Origin: Styela clava
Taxonomy: Eukaryota
Direction of reading: 5' to 3'
Assembly (NCBI RefSeq): GCF_964204865.1
Contig: NC_135259.1
Coordinates: 8,990,001 to 9,054,000 of the forward strand
Length of the DNA stretch: 64,000 nt
The notes under the pieces were generated by a model. It worked only from the letters and a program-made list of their open reading frames with translations, had not been told where the DNA came from and ran no database searches. The position numbers and the translations under genes are program-made. Below are positions 11,930 through 23,856 of the stretch, piece by piece (the first letter of the stretch is position 1; every line of letters starts with the position of its first letter).

Positions 11930-14451
11930 TAACAAAGAAATGATATTACAACGAACACATGCAACGTAGCTCTGGATAACTATGACGAACGCACAAATAT
12001 TTTCCATTTTTATGTTAAAGATTTTTATTTAAAAATTTATATTTTTATATTAATATTTCATTTATTTATTTATCATTATGCAATTTTATTCACATTATAT
12101 TTATTTTTTATTGACGAATACTGCATACACGATGGGTTGCAATATTTCTACGGGAAAATTGTGCAATATATGCAATAGTATTCGAAAATTGCTAATTTAT
12201 TTACAAAGAAATGTACTCTTTTAGTCTATACAAGTATTTTATTTATTTAATCAATCTTTTGCACTCAAAAATATTTTAAAAATGTTATATTTTTTAGTAT
12301 CTTCATAATAAAAAGTTTTATTAATATTTATTTAACAGTTTACTTCCATTGTAATAAACATTTATATATTGAGCAGAAATATCATTTGTATTGTAATTAA
12401 CTGCAGTGAAATCAGGAGGATTTATCGTAAAAAATAAACTGAGGGCACGTGTTAGAACTTATACTATTAATATCTTATTCACTAGTGCTACTATATATTA
12501 AACATAATAGCTTGTGAAATAGAACAACTGCATCCGCAAGCAGAAAGTTCCATAATCGAATATCGGTTAGAATGGTTTAAATAACAAGATATTAGTGCTC
12601 AAATATACGGTCACGTAGGCCACAACAAAGTAGTACGGGTATCAATTCGGTACTCATAGTCTTCAAGACTTCGACTGACCACCAGAACGCGAAAACCTCC
12701 ACACGCTGTGTAATTTTTAATTTTTATGACGGGATCACACATGCATTAAATACCGTATACCACACAGGCCGCAGGTATTTTTGAAACAAATAAAAGTAAT
12801 AGCCTTCTAGCGACAACGAAAATACATTAGTTGGTACAGTCGTTCTGAAGTAGATCGTTTTGAAACCTTTACAAAGATCTCAAATTGCGTGTTCCTCGTC
12901 ATTACTTTGCAAATCACGAAAGAAGCGTCTAATGACATCATTTATTATTACTTTAACAAGAAACTCTTCTCCTCCTATTTATTCTAATGCATTTGAAGAA
13001 CATATGTTTATTTGAAAGTGTATATGTATATATATTATTTTTTTCCTTATTTATGTACTTACATATTCATAACATATAAATATATATATATATATCCAAT
13101 TGGCATAATCAAAGACAGTCAAAGATATGTTTAATCGTAGGAAAAAAATCAAGTGTCATTTGCTTAATCATTGATTCTTTATTACGATCTGGTGCATACT
13201 ACCGAATCTTGTTTGCCAAATATCATCATGCTTTAAAAGAATTTTTCCACACTTCTTAATAACTCCCATAACGCGATAGGACATGCTTCTTCTCTTTTGT
13301 TATAATTCAGAACGTTTCATTACTAACTAAAAGTGATCAATTTCACCCGACAATGAACAGGGAGGCATAGACACGGCCATTTAGTATGTATATGATCACA
13401 AAACAAAATGTTTATTCCATATCACAGATAGTATAGGAGGATATAATATCTATTCGCATTGTCAAGAAAGCAAATTATGAACTTTAGATACAATAATAAA
13501 CAACGGATGATTGTTGACGATATGATTCGCCTCTAGTGAAATCGTTTGTATTCCCCAAAGCGCAATTATTTCAACTAAATATGCTTGTTGCATCACCACG
13601 AATTTTAAATGCCACTATTGCTTTCAGGGAGTAATTAGACGACATTGGTTTCGAATGCAATCAACACGTAAATGTTATTCACGTTCTACGTGACGAATAA
13701 GATACTGAGATGACATACGTCAAGTTTTCAGCAGTTTTTATCAACGCAGTTTGTTGCAAGATTTGAATGTACCCGAATTACTTACTTTGTTATAAAGACG
13801 TTTGTCACGAGGTGTTCTAAATTGAATGAAAGGTATCCAATTCAGATTGTTTTCCTGTATTAAAATATTATAAAATGGAATATAATGAAAAGTTCAAAAA
13901 ATAACGATCTACATTCTACACAAACATCGTTTCAATTTAATTCATTTTAAATATGCGTCAACATGAACATGCATTCTAAAAATATTGAAAATAACAAAGA
14001 TGATAGCTAAATGGATATTTTTTTTATAAATTGTTGTTGAAAATCACGTTGTGAATTAACTTGGATGGCGTTTTGTGATGGCATATTTCTCGTTTTTCAT
14101 GCTGCTGTCATACAGAGAGTTCAGAAGAATTTCAGATCAAATTGCATGCGCAATCCCAGGAGTGTCATTCGTAATGCTTTGTAGAAACCTGCAGTACCAA
14201 TCGAAGTTGCGATTACGTAATTTGGAAAGTACCTTCCAAGATATTATACGTAGGGAATATTGGTTTTCCTGTATCAAAACAATATTTTTCCAAATTAACT
14301 TATACTCCGGTAAAAACTTGGATATTACTAAAGGTAAATATGGGAAAAAGTTTCTGTATAAATAACACTCGCGCGCTAATGAGAAATGTAAGAAATCTGA
14401 CCAGTGTGTTGAAGAAAAGGAGAATTTACTTTGGAGAAAAGACAAAGAAAC

Positions 14452-15684
14452 ATGAAGATCTCATTTATTAGCACAGCCGTAAGTTTTATAATTTTTGTTA
14501 GATCTCAAATATATTTGTTCTAATATACGCATTGTGTTGTTTAAAACTTTCCGATTTCTTTTTTTCACAGACAAAAATCTTTACAATGATTATTACTATG
14601 ATACACTTTTTTGGACACAACACATTAGCATTCGATCCTGAGTAAGTTGTAATTGTATTATCTACTTTCTTGTGATTTATATCAAATTAAACAGGTATTA
14701 CTTTGATGTACAAAACTGTTATTACGTGTTTTTAACTTTTTTCAAATATATTGATTTTAGCTCTGAATTTTCAAAACTGTACGATTGCAAGCATTTGGAA
14801 ACGTTGGATATTGAATATAACAATGGATTTGCTCCCTACACCCTGCAATGGTAAGTAAAACAAAATAAATTACAAATGTTGTTTTTTAGAAGTAACACTA
14901 CAAGTGCAGCAATCAAAATACGAAAAATGAAAAATTCAACTCAGAATATAATATATAAGAAATAAAGTTGCGCAAATGCTCTACCTGTAATCTTTAATGC
15001 TAATATTTTCAGGATTGATTGTGGACGCAATATCTCTCCTTCAATGTATTCCAACACAACATGTTCTACAAGATGTCAAAGATCCTTCTACTAATCAGTT
15101 TTTATCCGAAATATATCAACAGCAACCGATTCTTGTTTGTGAAACTTTTCAAATCCGAAAAAGAGGACAAATTTCAAAAATTAGAATTAAACTGGCCAAG
15201 GGCTGCAAGTAAAACATTTTATTTTTTGCTTATTTTTCTTATGTGATTCTATCTAAAAGCTGGCAATGGGACTGGTAATAAAACTAAAATATATAAAATT
15301 AGAATATAAATATGTCCTAACCCTAACCTGGTACACATACCGCTGGAGTACCATATTTTTAACATTTTAACCCAGTTTTCTCTCTCACTTAGTGTTTTTT
15401 TTCTGGTAGGGAAAATCTGATGTTACTGCTAATTATCAGATATGCTTGCTTATAAAACACATTTTAAGCAGTAGGAAAGATATCAAGATAAAATTATTTT
15501 AATTAAGTCTAGTTTCTATTTTAATTTCATAAAAATTTAGATGTAGAAAAGTCTAAATCTCTAAATTCTTACACACTATATATCAAGTAGCAATTAATAA
15601 ATTATTTGAATTTAAAAGAAATCTTTTTCCAGGTGTGTCAGATATTCTGACGAATACAGAGATAATATTGAAATTGACTGCTAA
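14452..15684 (+). pseudogene. IL-17-like cluster gene 4, frameshifted in exon 4 (pseudogene, null allele or sequencing error)
   Basis: Exons 14452-14478, 14571-14641, 14761-14850, 15013-15208, 15633-15684. Exon 4 is 196 nt against 195 nt in the closest paralogues. TGTCAAAGAT at 15074-15083 has one extra base, giving TAA at 15092-15094. Corrected protein: ...FDPDSEFSKLYDCKHLETLDIEYNNGFAPYTLQWIDCGRNISPSMYSNTTCSTRC(Q/K)DPSTNQFLSEIYQQQPILVCETFQIRKRGQISKIRIKLAKGCKCVRYSDEYRDNIEIDC. TATAAATA at 14357. Confidence 0.75.
15315..15355 (+). repeat. CCCTAA-containing dispersed repeat fragment (also at ~41418-41460 and inside 62103-62580)
   Basis: CCTAACCCTAA(C/A)CTGGTACACATAC is present at both ~15317 and ~41419. 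Confidence 0.55.
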
Positions 15685-17133
15685 GATATTTTATGGTGAA
15701 AAGGAGAATATTATTCAAGGACAGCATTATGAGATTCTAGTTTTATTTTTTACTATTTAAATTTCCCTCGTGTATGCAATGTTAAAACCTTATTTAATAT
15801 TTATTCGCACATAGCTTCTATTATGCTCTCATTTTATTTATTACACTTTAATTTATCTAGTAGTCACTTATATTTATGAGATTTTCGTAGAAACATTCGT
15901 CATTACTAACTTGACGTTGAAAGAAAGTATATTGTGTATAATTGGTTGCAAATTTTATTATAAAATGTTCTAATGTATGAGGTTTTGGATTACATTACAT
16001 GTGAACCTTGAATACAAAGAAATACTTATTCAAAAATTCAGTAATACAAATGCCAATCATCATGCAAATTTCAGTTGCATATAGAATTTAGGAAAGCGTT
16101 AGGACCTTGATGGCTTAACGGTTTTCCCCGTAATATGAAGAATTACGTTGAGCTTTGAAGTGGTATCATAGCTTGTGAATAATATGAAGCTTACAATATT
16201 GCAACATGTAGTGAAATATTCCTAATTATAGCCAAGTAAATAGATATTGCCGGACATGTTTTGGTTCTAAAATTGCGGAACTACAATCGCTCACCAGCTT
16301 AACATATAAAACTTCCCTGGTTTTATACTAGGTCACAGATATCCATGATTGATATTTATCTAGAAACCATGCGTACGACGTAATTAATCTAATGATGCAA
16401 CTAAGTTGCGTCTAATGTCCAAAAGGTAAATTTTGCGACTTTGGACTCATGAAATTTTGTTGCAAAATATCCCTAATAAGTTTTCCTTAACTATTTATGT
16501 ATCGCTTTTGCATTGCTCAATAGAAATTGACGAAAATATTGAGGCTTGTCTTACGCCGTAGATTTAAATTAATAAACAACAATGGGATCTACTTACACGG
16601 ATAATAACAATACTCATGCGTCGAAACATAAAATGAAGTATATTATACATTAAATAAAATACAGACAAATAATTTCTAAAAATTAGTTCGATAAGCTCAA
16701 CCCAGTCTTTCAATTTAGAGTAATTTTTATTTTTATTTTCCATTCAAGCTTGTAATCGAAAATCAGCAAATTTGCAACTTTCAATAACTTGAAGTTAAAT
16801 TTTACATTGAATAAAAGTTCGAATACATTTATCAAATAGATATTCATAAAACATTATACATTAAATATCTTTAGCGCATAATTTGTGCTTGAATATTTAC
16901 CGCGCAAAAATTAGTATATGATCAGTTTCAGATTTACTAGAATTGATAAATGGACCTAAAATATATAATATCTTCAGCATGGGAGTCTTTTTTGGATTAC
17001 GAATCTGATTCTTTTTCGTAATATATTGTTATATGATATTCATTTGAAGGCGTTTTATATAACTGTTCATTTTATGTATATACCTTTTCTAACACAATTT
17101 TATTCACATAATTAGAAAAGGAATTCTCGAGTT

Positions 17134-17197
17134 AATTTCCCCAAAATGACATACAAACGAGAGAAATGATACTAAAACGAGAGAATAATGTTACAAT
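17134..17197 (-). promoter_or_regulatory. Putative module upstream of gene 5 (inverted)
   Basis: AATTTCCCC 17134-17142, AACGAGAGAA at 17156 and 17176, C/EBP-like TTACAAT near 17191. Confidence 0.45.
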
Positions 17198-18282
17198 ATG
17201 GAGAAGACCTTACTTGCCCGTTTGTACATGCGTGACACATTTAAAACCAAGTTGAATAATTCAATATCAAACTAAATTGGTTTATGTCACGATTAGGCCT
17301 ATTTTGGGTTATACTGTTACGAAATCAAAACAAATCTTGTCAAAGGGCTAATTACATTAAACCATGAACTACACGTCAGTCATGTGATAGAATTAGGTTT
17401 TGAATGTTGAACCGTGAACATTATTTATTATGATTCACGTTACATTTGTATACATTCGAGACAAACCATGCAATCTCAACATTCTTAAATTTATGATACT
17501 AACATAATGGAGATTAGAAAAGCAAAGCCGAAGTTTAGACCTTGAATTCTATTTTCAGACGTTTTGTCATAAACGATAGAGTATGTTACTCTCTGGTTTA
17601 GTTATATTCGATTTATTTTGCAGTACTTCATTAATTTCAACAATCATAATAGGGGAAAGGGAATTCCAAATTTTTTCCGAAATTTTTTGTGGGCGAAATA
17701 TTCTTTAAAATATAATAGCGCAAACACGGAATCGATACCAACAGCATGTGCAAAAATGTTTAAATTTCAGGTAGATTTAAACACCAGCGAGTGGGTTACG
17801 CTCTAACGATTTTAAATTTGATAAACCTCACATCGAAGGACAAAAGTTAACAGTCAGTTCAAACTTGAACATTGACTGGGGCTACTGGAGGACAGAGTAT
17901 TATCAATTGTTACATCATATCTAACACAAATATTCCACTGAACCCACGTACGATTCACGCTGAATGACTTTTGTTTAGCATGTCGGAAAATAACCGCCAT
18001 CAAAAAAAAAATATCTATAATATACTATAATTGTTCAATTTACCAAAATATATCAGTTTTGGCTAATATTTATATTGGCAATTTCCCGTTTTGGGGTTGG
18101 TAATATCCACTTAGATAGGTATAAATTCTAGGAAAGTATCTCCTAAATATCACTCTACGAAAAGACATTAAGACATTGACATCATTGAAAAAGATTGAAA
18201 AACAGACATACGCACTGAATTTACAACTTGGATCAAACGTTGGAGTTTTCTTTTAAATTTTACATGATAAAAACTGACCAGG

Positions 18283-19475
18283 ATGGCAAACTTAAAAATC
18301 CAGTTAAGGGTAAGTCAAGATAATTCTGAGCCTAAATGTCATATCTCGGGCCCTAAACCTACCTCGAAAGCTTTTAATATATTATTCCTAAAGAATTTCT
18401 ACTAATCACAGCAAATAGTTCAAAATTTATTCAAATTATACTCGATTTTTTACAGTTATAATACCGAGTACAATGATCAATAAATCGGAGCAATTTTGTC
18501 GTGACATAGTCGATAAAATTTAATGCACAGTAATCAAATGTTTATTTTATCGTCTTATTGAGACAGTAGATATCTTCAAATGTTCAAGTCGGTAAATGGA
18601 AATATAAACCTATTTTTTTATATTTAGATTTCTACTATTTTCACCATTTGCGTCTTGAGCATATCAGCATTTGACCCCGAGTAAGAGTCTAAATATTATC
18701 TAAACTTAATTTCTAAACGTGAGGATTTCATAATTATAAATCAAAAATACTTTTATTGTTGAACTTCCAAATCGTAATTCCTCAAATAGATATGAATAGA
18801 ATTAGAAATACTATATATTTAATTTATAAATCCATTTTTCTATTACTTTTTCACACAAACTTAATCTACTGTCACATTTTACGTTAACAGTTCAGAATTT
18901 TTAAACACGCACAAATGCAAAGTTGTCGAAACGGAATCAGTGACCAATGGATTTGCAACTTATTACGTAGAAAAGTAAGTGAAATATCTTCTAATACCAT
19001 TTTATACGTATTTGCAATATCATTGTATATCATAGCCCAAAGTAGCTCAATTACTTAATGCTTTCAGAATTGAATGTAGAAATCTTTCACCATCATTGTT
19101 TGTAAACGCGACATGTTCATCTGCAAGATGTCAGGACCCTCAAAACGGCAAACTTCTGTCTGGTAGAGAATACAAACCAGAAAAAGTAGTCTACGTGGAA
19201 CATTTTGGAAGCCGAAACGTATCGATTACACAAACATTGACAGTTGCATGCAGGTGTTTACTTATATTTATATTGGTAATATTCCATGCTTCTGGAATGG
19301 TTTCTCACTAACATCCCGAATAATTTTGAAAATAAAAATAATAATGTTATTTGAAACGACAAAAAGTTAAAACAAAAGGATTAATCCAAATTTTATATTT
19401 ACTCATTGAAGATGCGTGAAAGTTGATAACTTGCGTAGCCAGGAATTTGTAGGAAGGGGACAAAGAAGGGGATAA
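18283..19475 (+). CDS. IL-17-like secreted cystine-knot protein, cluster gene 5 (gene 1/2 subfamily, truncated basic tail)
   Basis: Exons 18283-18309, 18628-18680, 18891-18974, 19068-19253, 19412-19475. Protein: MANLKIQLRISTIFTICVLSISA-FDPDSEFLNTHKCKVVETESVTNGFATYYVEKIECRNLSPSLFVNATCSSARCQDPQNGKLLSGREYKPEKVVYVEHFGSRNVSITQTLTVACRCVKVDNLRSQEFVGRGQRRG. TATAAAT at 18120. Confidence 0.83.
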
Positions 19476-20644
19476 GCAATGATAGAAAAGCTCGGCGAGG
19501 AAAAAAAAAGAAAAAATACCAATGACTCGTAATTTCACCTAACGTTTTCAACAGAATACCTAATTGAGCAAATGGCCGTGTTTGACGCATAGTTTAAAAA
19601 CTAGAAAAGTATTCTATTTTATTGTTTTAGCAGTAAATCAATCTTGATTTGTTACTTCATTGAAGTGTATAATAATTGTTGATTTACGGAGGTATCAAGT
19701 TTTTGCTTATTATCTATTATATGTGCTGAAATATTTTGAGTTCCGTATTATTTCAAATGTTGCTTATGTTTCATGTTGCTTATACCTTTTATATTATGCA
19801 ATGTATATTACTCAAATATGGATCGTATTATTTTGAAAACCTATCATGCCGACTTTTATACAAAGCCGCCGCAGAAGACGCGGCGAATAACTCTAACTCA
19901 ACAATGAAACTTTAAAATTACACGTGTGTGTCACAAAAATCGTCGGGATTCTATAATAGCTCTAACAGTGAGCCGATTGTCAATTGAGTATGTCAATTTG
20001 AAATCATCGATGGTTACATTGAGATTAAGAGCAATAAAAGGTCTGTGTTCCGAATCGCTAAGAGCAGAAATTCCGGCCAAAGTAAAATGACCATTACGAC
20101 ACCTGTTTGCGCATGCAGCCATTATTAGCACTTTCGTAATTTCCATGTAAAAACCTGTACACAGTGCCGCCTTATGTAATACGATTGTTATATCGCAAAG
20201 ACGTAATAGTAATATTAAGATAATTTCACTACATATCGAATCACAAGTTTTGGGTCTGAATAAATTTCAGTCGACTGACCTCTAAGTTAGCGAGGTTTAT
20301 TTTAGTAAATATATAGTTTTACAATAAATGTGTATAACTACGGATTTTATGAAATTATCCTCTTAAGTAGTCTTCACATTTTTGAATTAGATTGATTTTT
20401 AATGTTTTTCACATTTACTTTCCTATGAAGCTCTTATGGAGCGGACAAATGCAGGGTGAAGTTGGTGTCGAGAATTAAGTACTTGTTTCTTATGCTATTT
20501 TATATTTTTTCTATTTTATGCCAAATTTCAATGAAGTGGTATTCCCATCGTCGATACAACTTTAGAATACAGCTTTAAAAGGTAGACGGCAGCAGGATGT
20601 CGAAAATGTACCAGCATGGCAAGCATTGAGGTCAATCGCGAAGC

Positions 20645-20735
20645 GGAAAGTCCACACAAATACATTCCCCCGTTGTCGAGAATCATAAGGAAAAAGTGTA
20701 ATAAAACGAGAGAACCACAAATCAGCTGATGCAAC
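20645..20735 (-). promoter_or_regulatory. Putative module upstream of gene 6 (inverted)
   Basis: GGAAAGTCCA 20645-20654, ATTCCCCC 20664-20671, AACGAGAGAA 20705-20714, TGATGCAAC (C/EBP-ATF composite) 20727-20735. Confidence 0.5.
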
Positions 20736-22347
20736 TCGACAAATGTATTGTAGACAAATATCACAATGACGTGTTCCCGATGCTAGTTGAAGTGACCCGC
20801 GCACAATAAACTCTAAAGATACTGTTACAAAGCAAATAATTCGAATGTACAAATTCCAAGCGACCTATTTTAAATGTAAACTTACTTGATCTGAAATTGA
20901 TGTATTGATTTGACCCGCCAGTAATAGATATAAAAATCCCCCCATATGAATGAGTGCGATACCCCAATTTATTTTTTTGTAAATTATATCTTTTTCTATA
21001 ATGTCTTTATGAAAGAGCATAAACGTTAGGATAATAAAAATCTTTTGCAAAAAATTGTTAAAATATTTCTTTGTAACGCTTCCCCATTATTGACTATATT
21101 ATTATTGTTCACTATTGTTTGTATTAGCGGAACTAAATATATACCATACTCACGGGGAATTTTGCACTCTAAGTGAGACTGTAGTTTAATAAATTGGACA
21201 TTGACATGAAATTTCTAATATCCTATTTGAGCTTTTTTTGCGTCTACGGAAAAAGTAATTTCTTTTCTGATTTTTCATGGTAGTCAAAATTTTGTGGAAA
21301 TTTGCAGCGGGCATTATCAAAGGTTCTATATAATCATCTTTGTTATGAAAAATCGCCCAAGAAAAATCAATTACATATAAACTAAACATTGTGTTTTTTT
21401 ATCGAATAAAAATGTGTGATGGCTGGGGTGTACCAGCATTGTGGAAGGGTATGCCATTTCGAAAAAGGTTGACAATTAAGCACTGTCCTAGGTTATTTCA
21501 TTTGTGAGAACCATCTTTAACGAATGCGTCACAAAGATCCATGGAATCAATTATGTCGACTTGGTAGGCTTTTGAATGGCATGTTAAATACATTATTGCG
21601 TCATAATCAAATTTTGAATTCTGTGAAATACGAAATTTCAGGCAATATACGTACATTAATAACCCAAATAGATTGTACAGTAAGTTAAATTCAAAATAAA
21701 CTTCAAGTTTAAGAAACCCAGCTGTAACTAAAGCTGTAACTGAAGGTCAAAAACAACCTGAGAAAATATAAATGAAACAATTAAAAATTAAATGCCGAGG
21801 CCCCCAAGACCCGAGACCCCAGGCTTCCGCCTACCTTGGCTAATGACCTTGACACAATAGCTAAATATATCAAAAAAGAAGACAATTGTGCAATATTTCA
21901 TCAGATAATATAGTTAAAATATAAGTTTTGGAATGGAAGACCAATAAATCGACAAGTCAAAGTACAATATGCATATAAAAATTTGCTAGCTAATTACGTT
22001 GACTGCATATTTGGTTTGTGTCTCTATGTTTAAGCACACACGAATGAAGCTGATCAGAATAGGGGGAAATTAAAGACAAATATCAGGCTTAATGATAGCA
22101 TATTTCTCTGTATAAAACAAACATACCAAAAGAAATGTTTGACAGATGAAATCATATACATGACTTGTGATTCGATGGCTTTTCAGTTAATTAAAACAAT
22201 ATTTACATAGTTTTAGGACCTTTGATTGCTTCTCTGGCTTTAAATTGAGTGCGATGCCTTTTCTAGGTATACCTTGTTTAATGCAGCCCGAAAGACGAAC
22301 AGCATCATTTTTATGAAATATAGAGCAACGGCAAAAATAGGTCTAAA

Positions 22348-23856
22348 ATGGAAAGGTCATGTTTACAAGTAAGGATTATTATCAACAGTATCTAAATTAA
22401 ATTATAATATTTAAATTTAAACTATTGACTAGCATGTTAGAAATTTAAAATGCTTAATTTAAAAAAGCTAACTGACTGAAGTATCTGGTTTTACTTTTTG
22501 TTGCAGATTTTTGCGACATTGCTTCTTCTTTACGCAATAGTGCCATCAACACCAGCGTCCGGTACTGAGTAAGTATATTATTTCATGTATTCAAGTGTTG
22601 TCATGACCAAATTCGTTATGCTCAAATAATTCAAGTTGATATTTGGATTTGCAATTTTAATAATATATTTACATACAATACCACACTATCCAGCTCAAAT
22701 CGGATGAACGTAGGCTACATTCATACAACGGGAAATTGATAAATATATTCAATCAATTTCGACGTCATCTTCTTCATTGTTTCAAAACTCAGATAAGACT
22801 TATTGTTTAACAAATCTAAATAGTTTCATTTTATTACAGCTTTCCGTTGTCTTCTGCTCACGAATGCTTAGTAACACATACACATAGACGTGTAAACGGA
22901 TTTGCTCCTTACTACACAAAACAGTGAGTTTTTTTCCTAATTTAATTTTTTAGTTTAAAAGTTTATTTGTCAGAACATTCTTCTTTCTTCATCAAAAATG
23001 GTTGTTGGTAGTTTCACAAGATTTTCTGTTAGATATTATTTATACAATGTAGAGATTTTTGCCAAGGAACTTTCTAAGAAAAAAAGGTGTCAAAAATAAA
23101 CTTTCGCTTTGATAGAATCTCTCTCTTCGAATTTTAATTTGACAGTTTTGATCTAACTTGTTCCAAGTCTTTTGTCAACCGCTACTTACTGGCATCTTTG
23201 ACTCATTTTTCACATAAATACACAGTTCCTACAGTGTCTGTTGACGCCTTCATTTCTCCCATCTGATAATAGCCTAGAACTTCAAGTTAAGCAAATCAGT
23301 AAATATAACTACAAAAATAAATTTTTTAGAATTAAATGCAAGCATTTTGAATTTACAAACGCAACATGCTCTTCCACTTGTCGAGATCCTCGGACGGGAA
23401 AACTGCTGTCAAAGAAAAAATATCGTCCGGACCCAATTTCTTGTGTTCAAACTTTTGACAGCAGAATTGAAGGAAAAATAGAGCTTTCCGTAACAATTTC
23501 ATGCAGGTGAAAAATTGAACTTATATATTTATATAAGCTCGCCTATTCCTAAAGATGAGGGTAAATAAATTTGGAAGTGAATCGTATTATTTATATCAAT
23601 ATTAGGCAATATTGAAATCATAAAATGCTAGCTTCCTAATTTTTAAAATATTTATTTAATTAGTTAAATATTGAGCAACAATAAAGTTGCCATAATAAAA
23701 ACTTAATGTATTCAATTACTTCGGGATACTAGATGCATTAAACGGGGAAAACAAACAAAACAAAAGCATGGAAGAAAGCAAAAGACAAGAACTGGCCAAA
23801 GAAAGAACGAAAAAAAAAAGCAAAAACAAAAAATCATAAATGAACCATATTTCTAG
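22348..23856 (+). CDS. IL-17-like secreted cystine-knot protein, cluster gene 6 (Lys/Gln-rich basic tail, one extra Cys)
   Basis: Exons 22348-22368, 22507-22568, 22840-22923, 23330-23506, 23733-23856. Protein: MERSCLQIFATLLLLYAIVPSTPASGTDFPLSSAHECLVTHTHRRVNGFAPYYTKQIKCKHFEFTNATCSSTCRDPRTGKLLSKKKYRPDPISCVQTFDSRIEGKIELSVTISCRCIKRGKQTKQKHGRKQKTRTGQRKNEKKKQKQKIINEPYF. TATAAAA at 22111. Confidence 0.82.
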
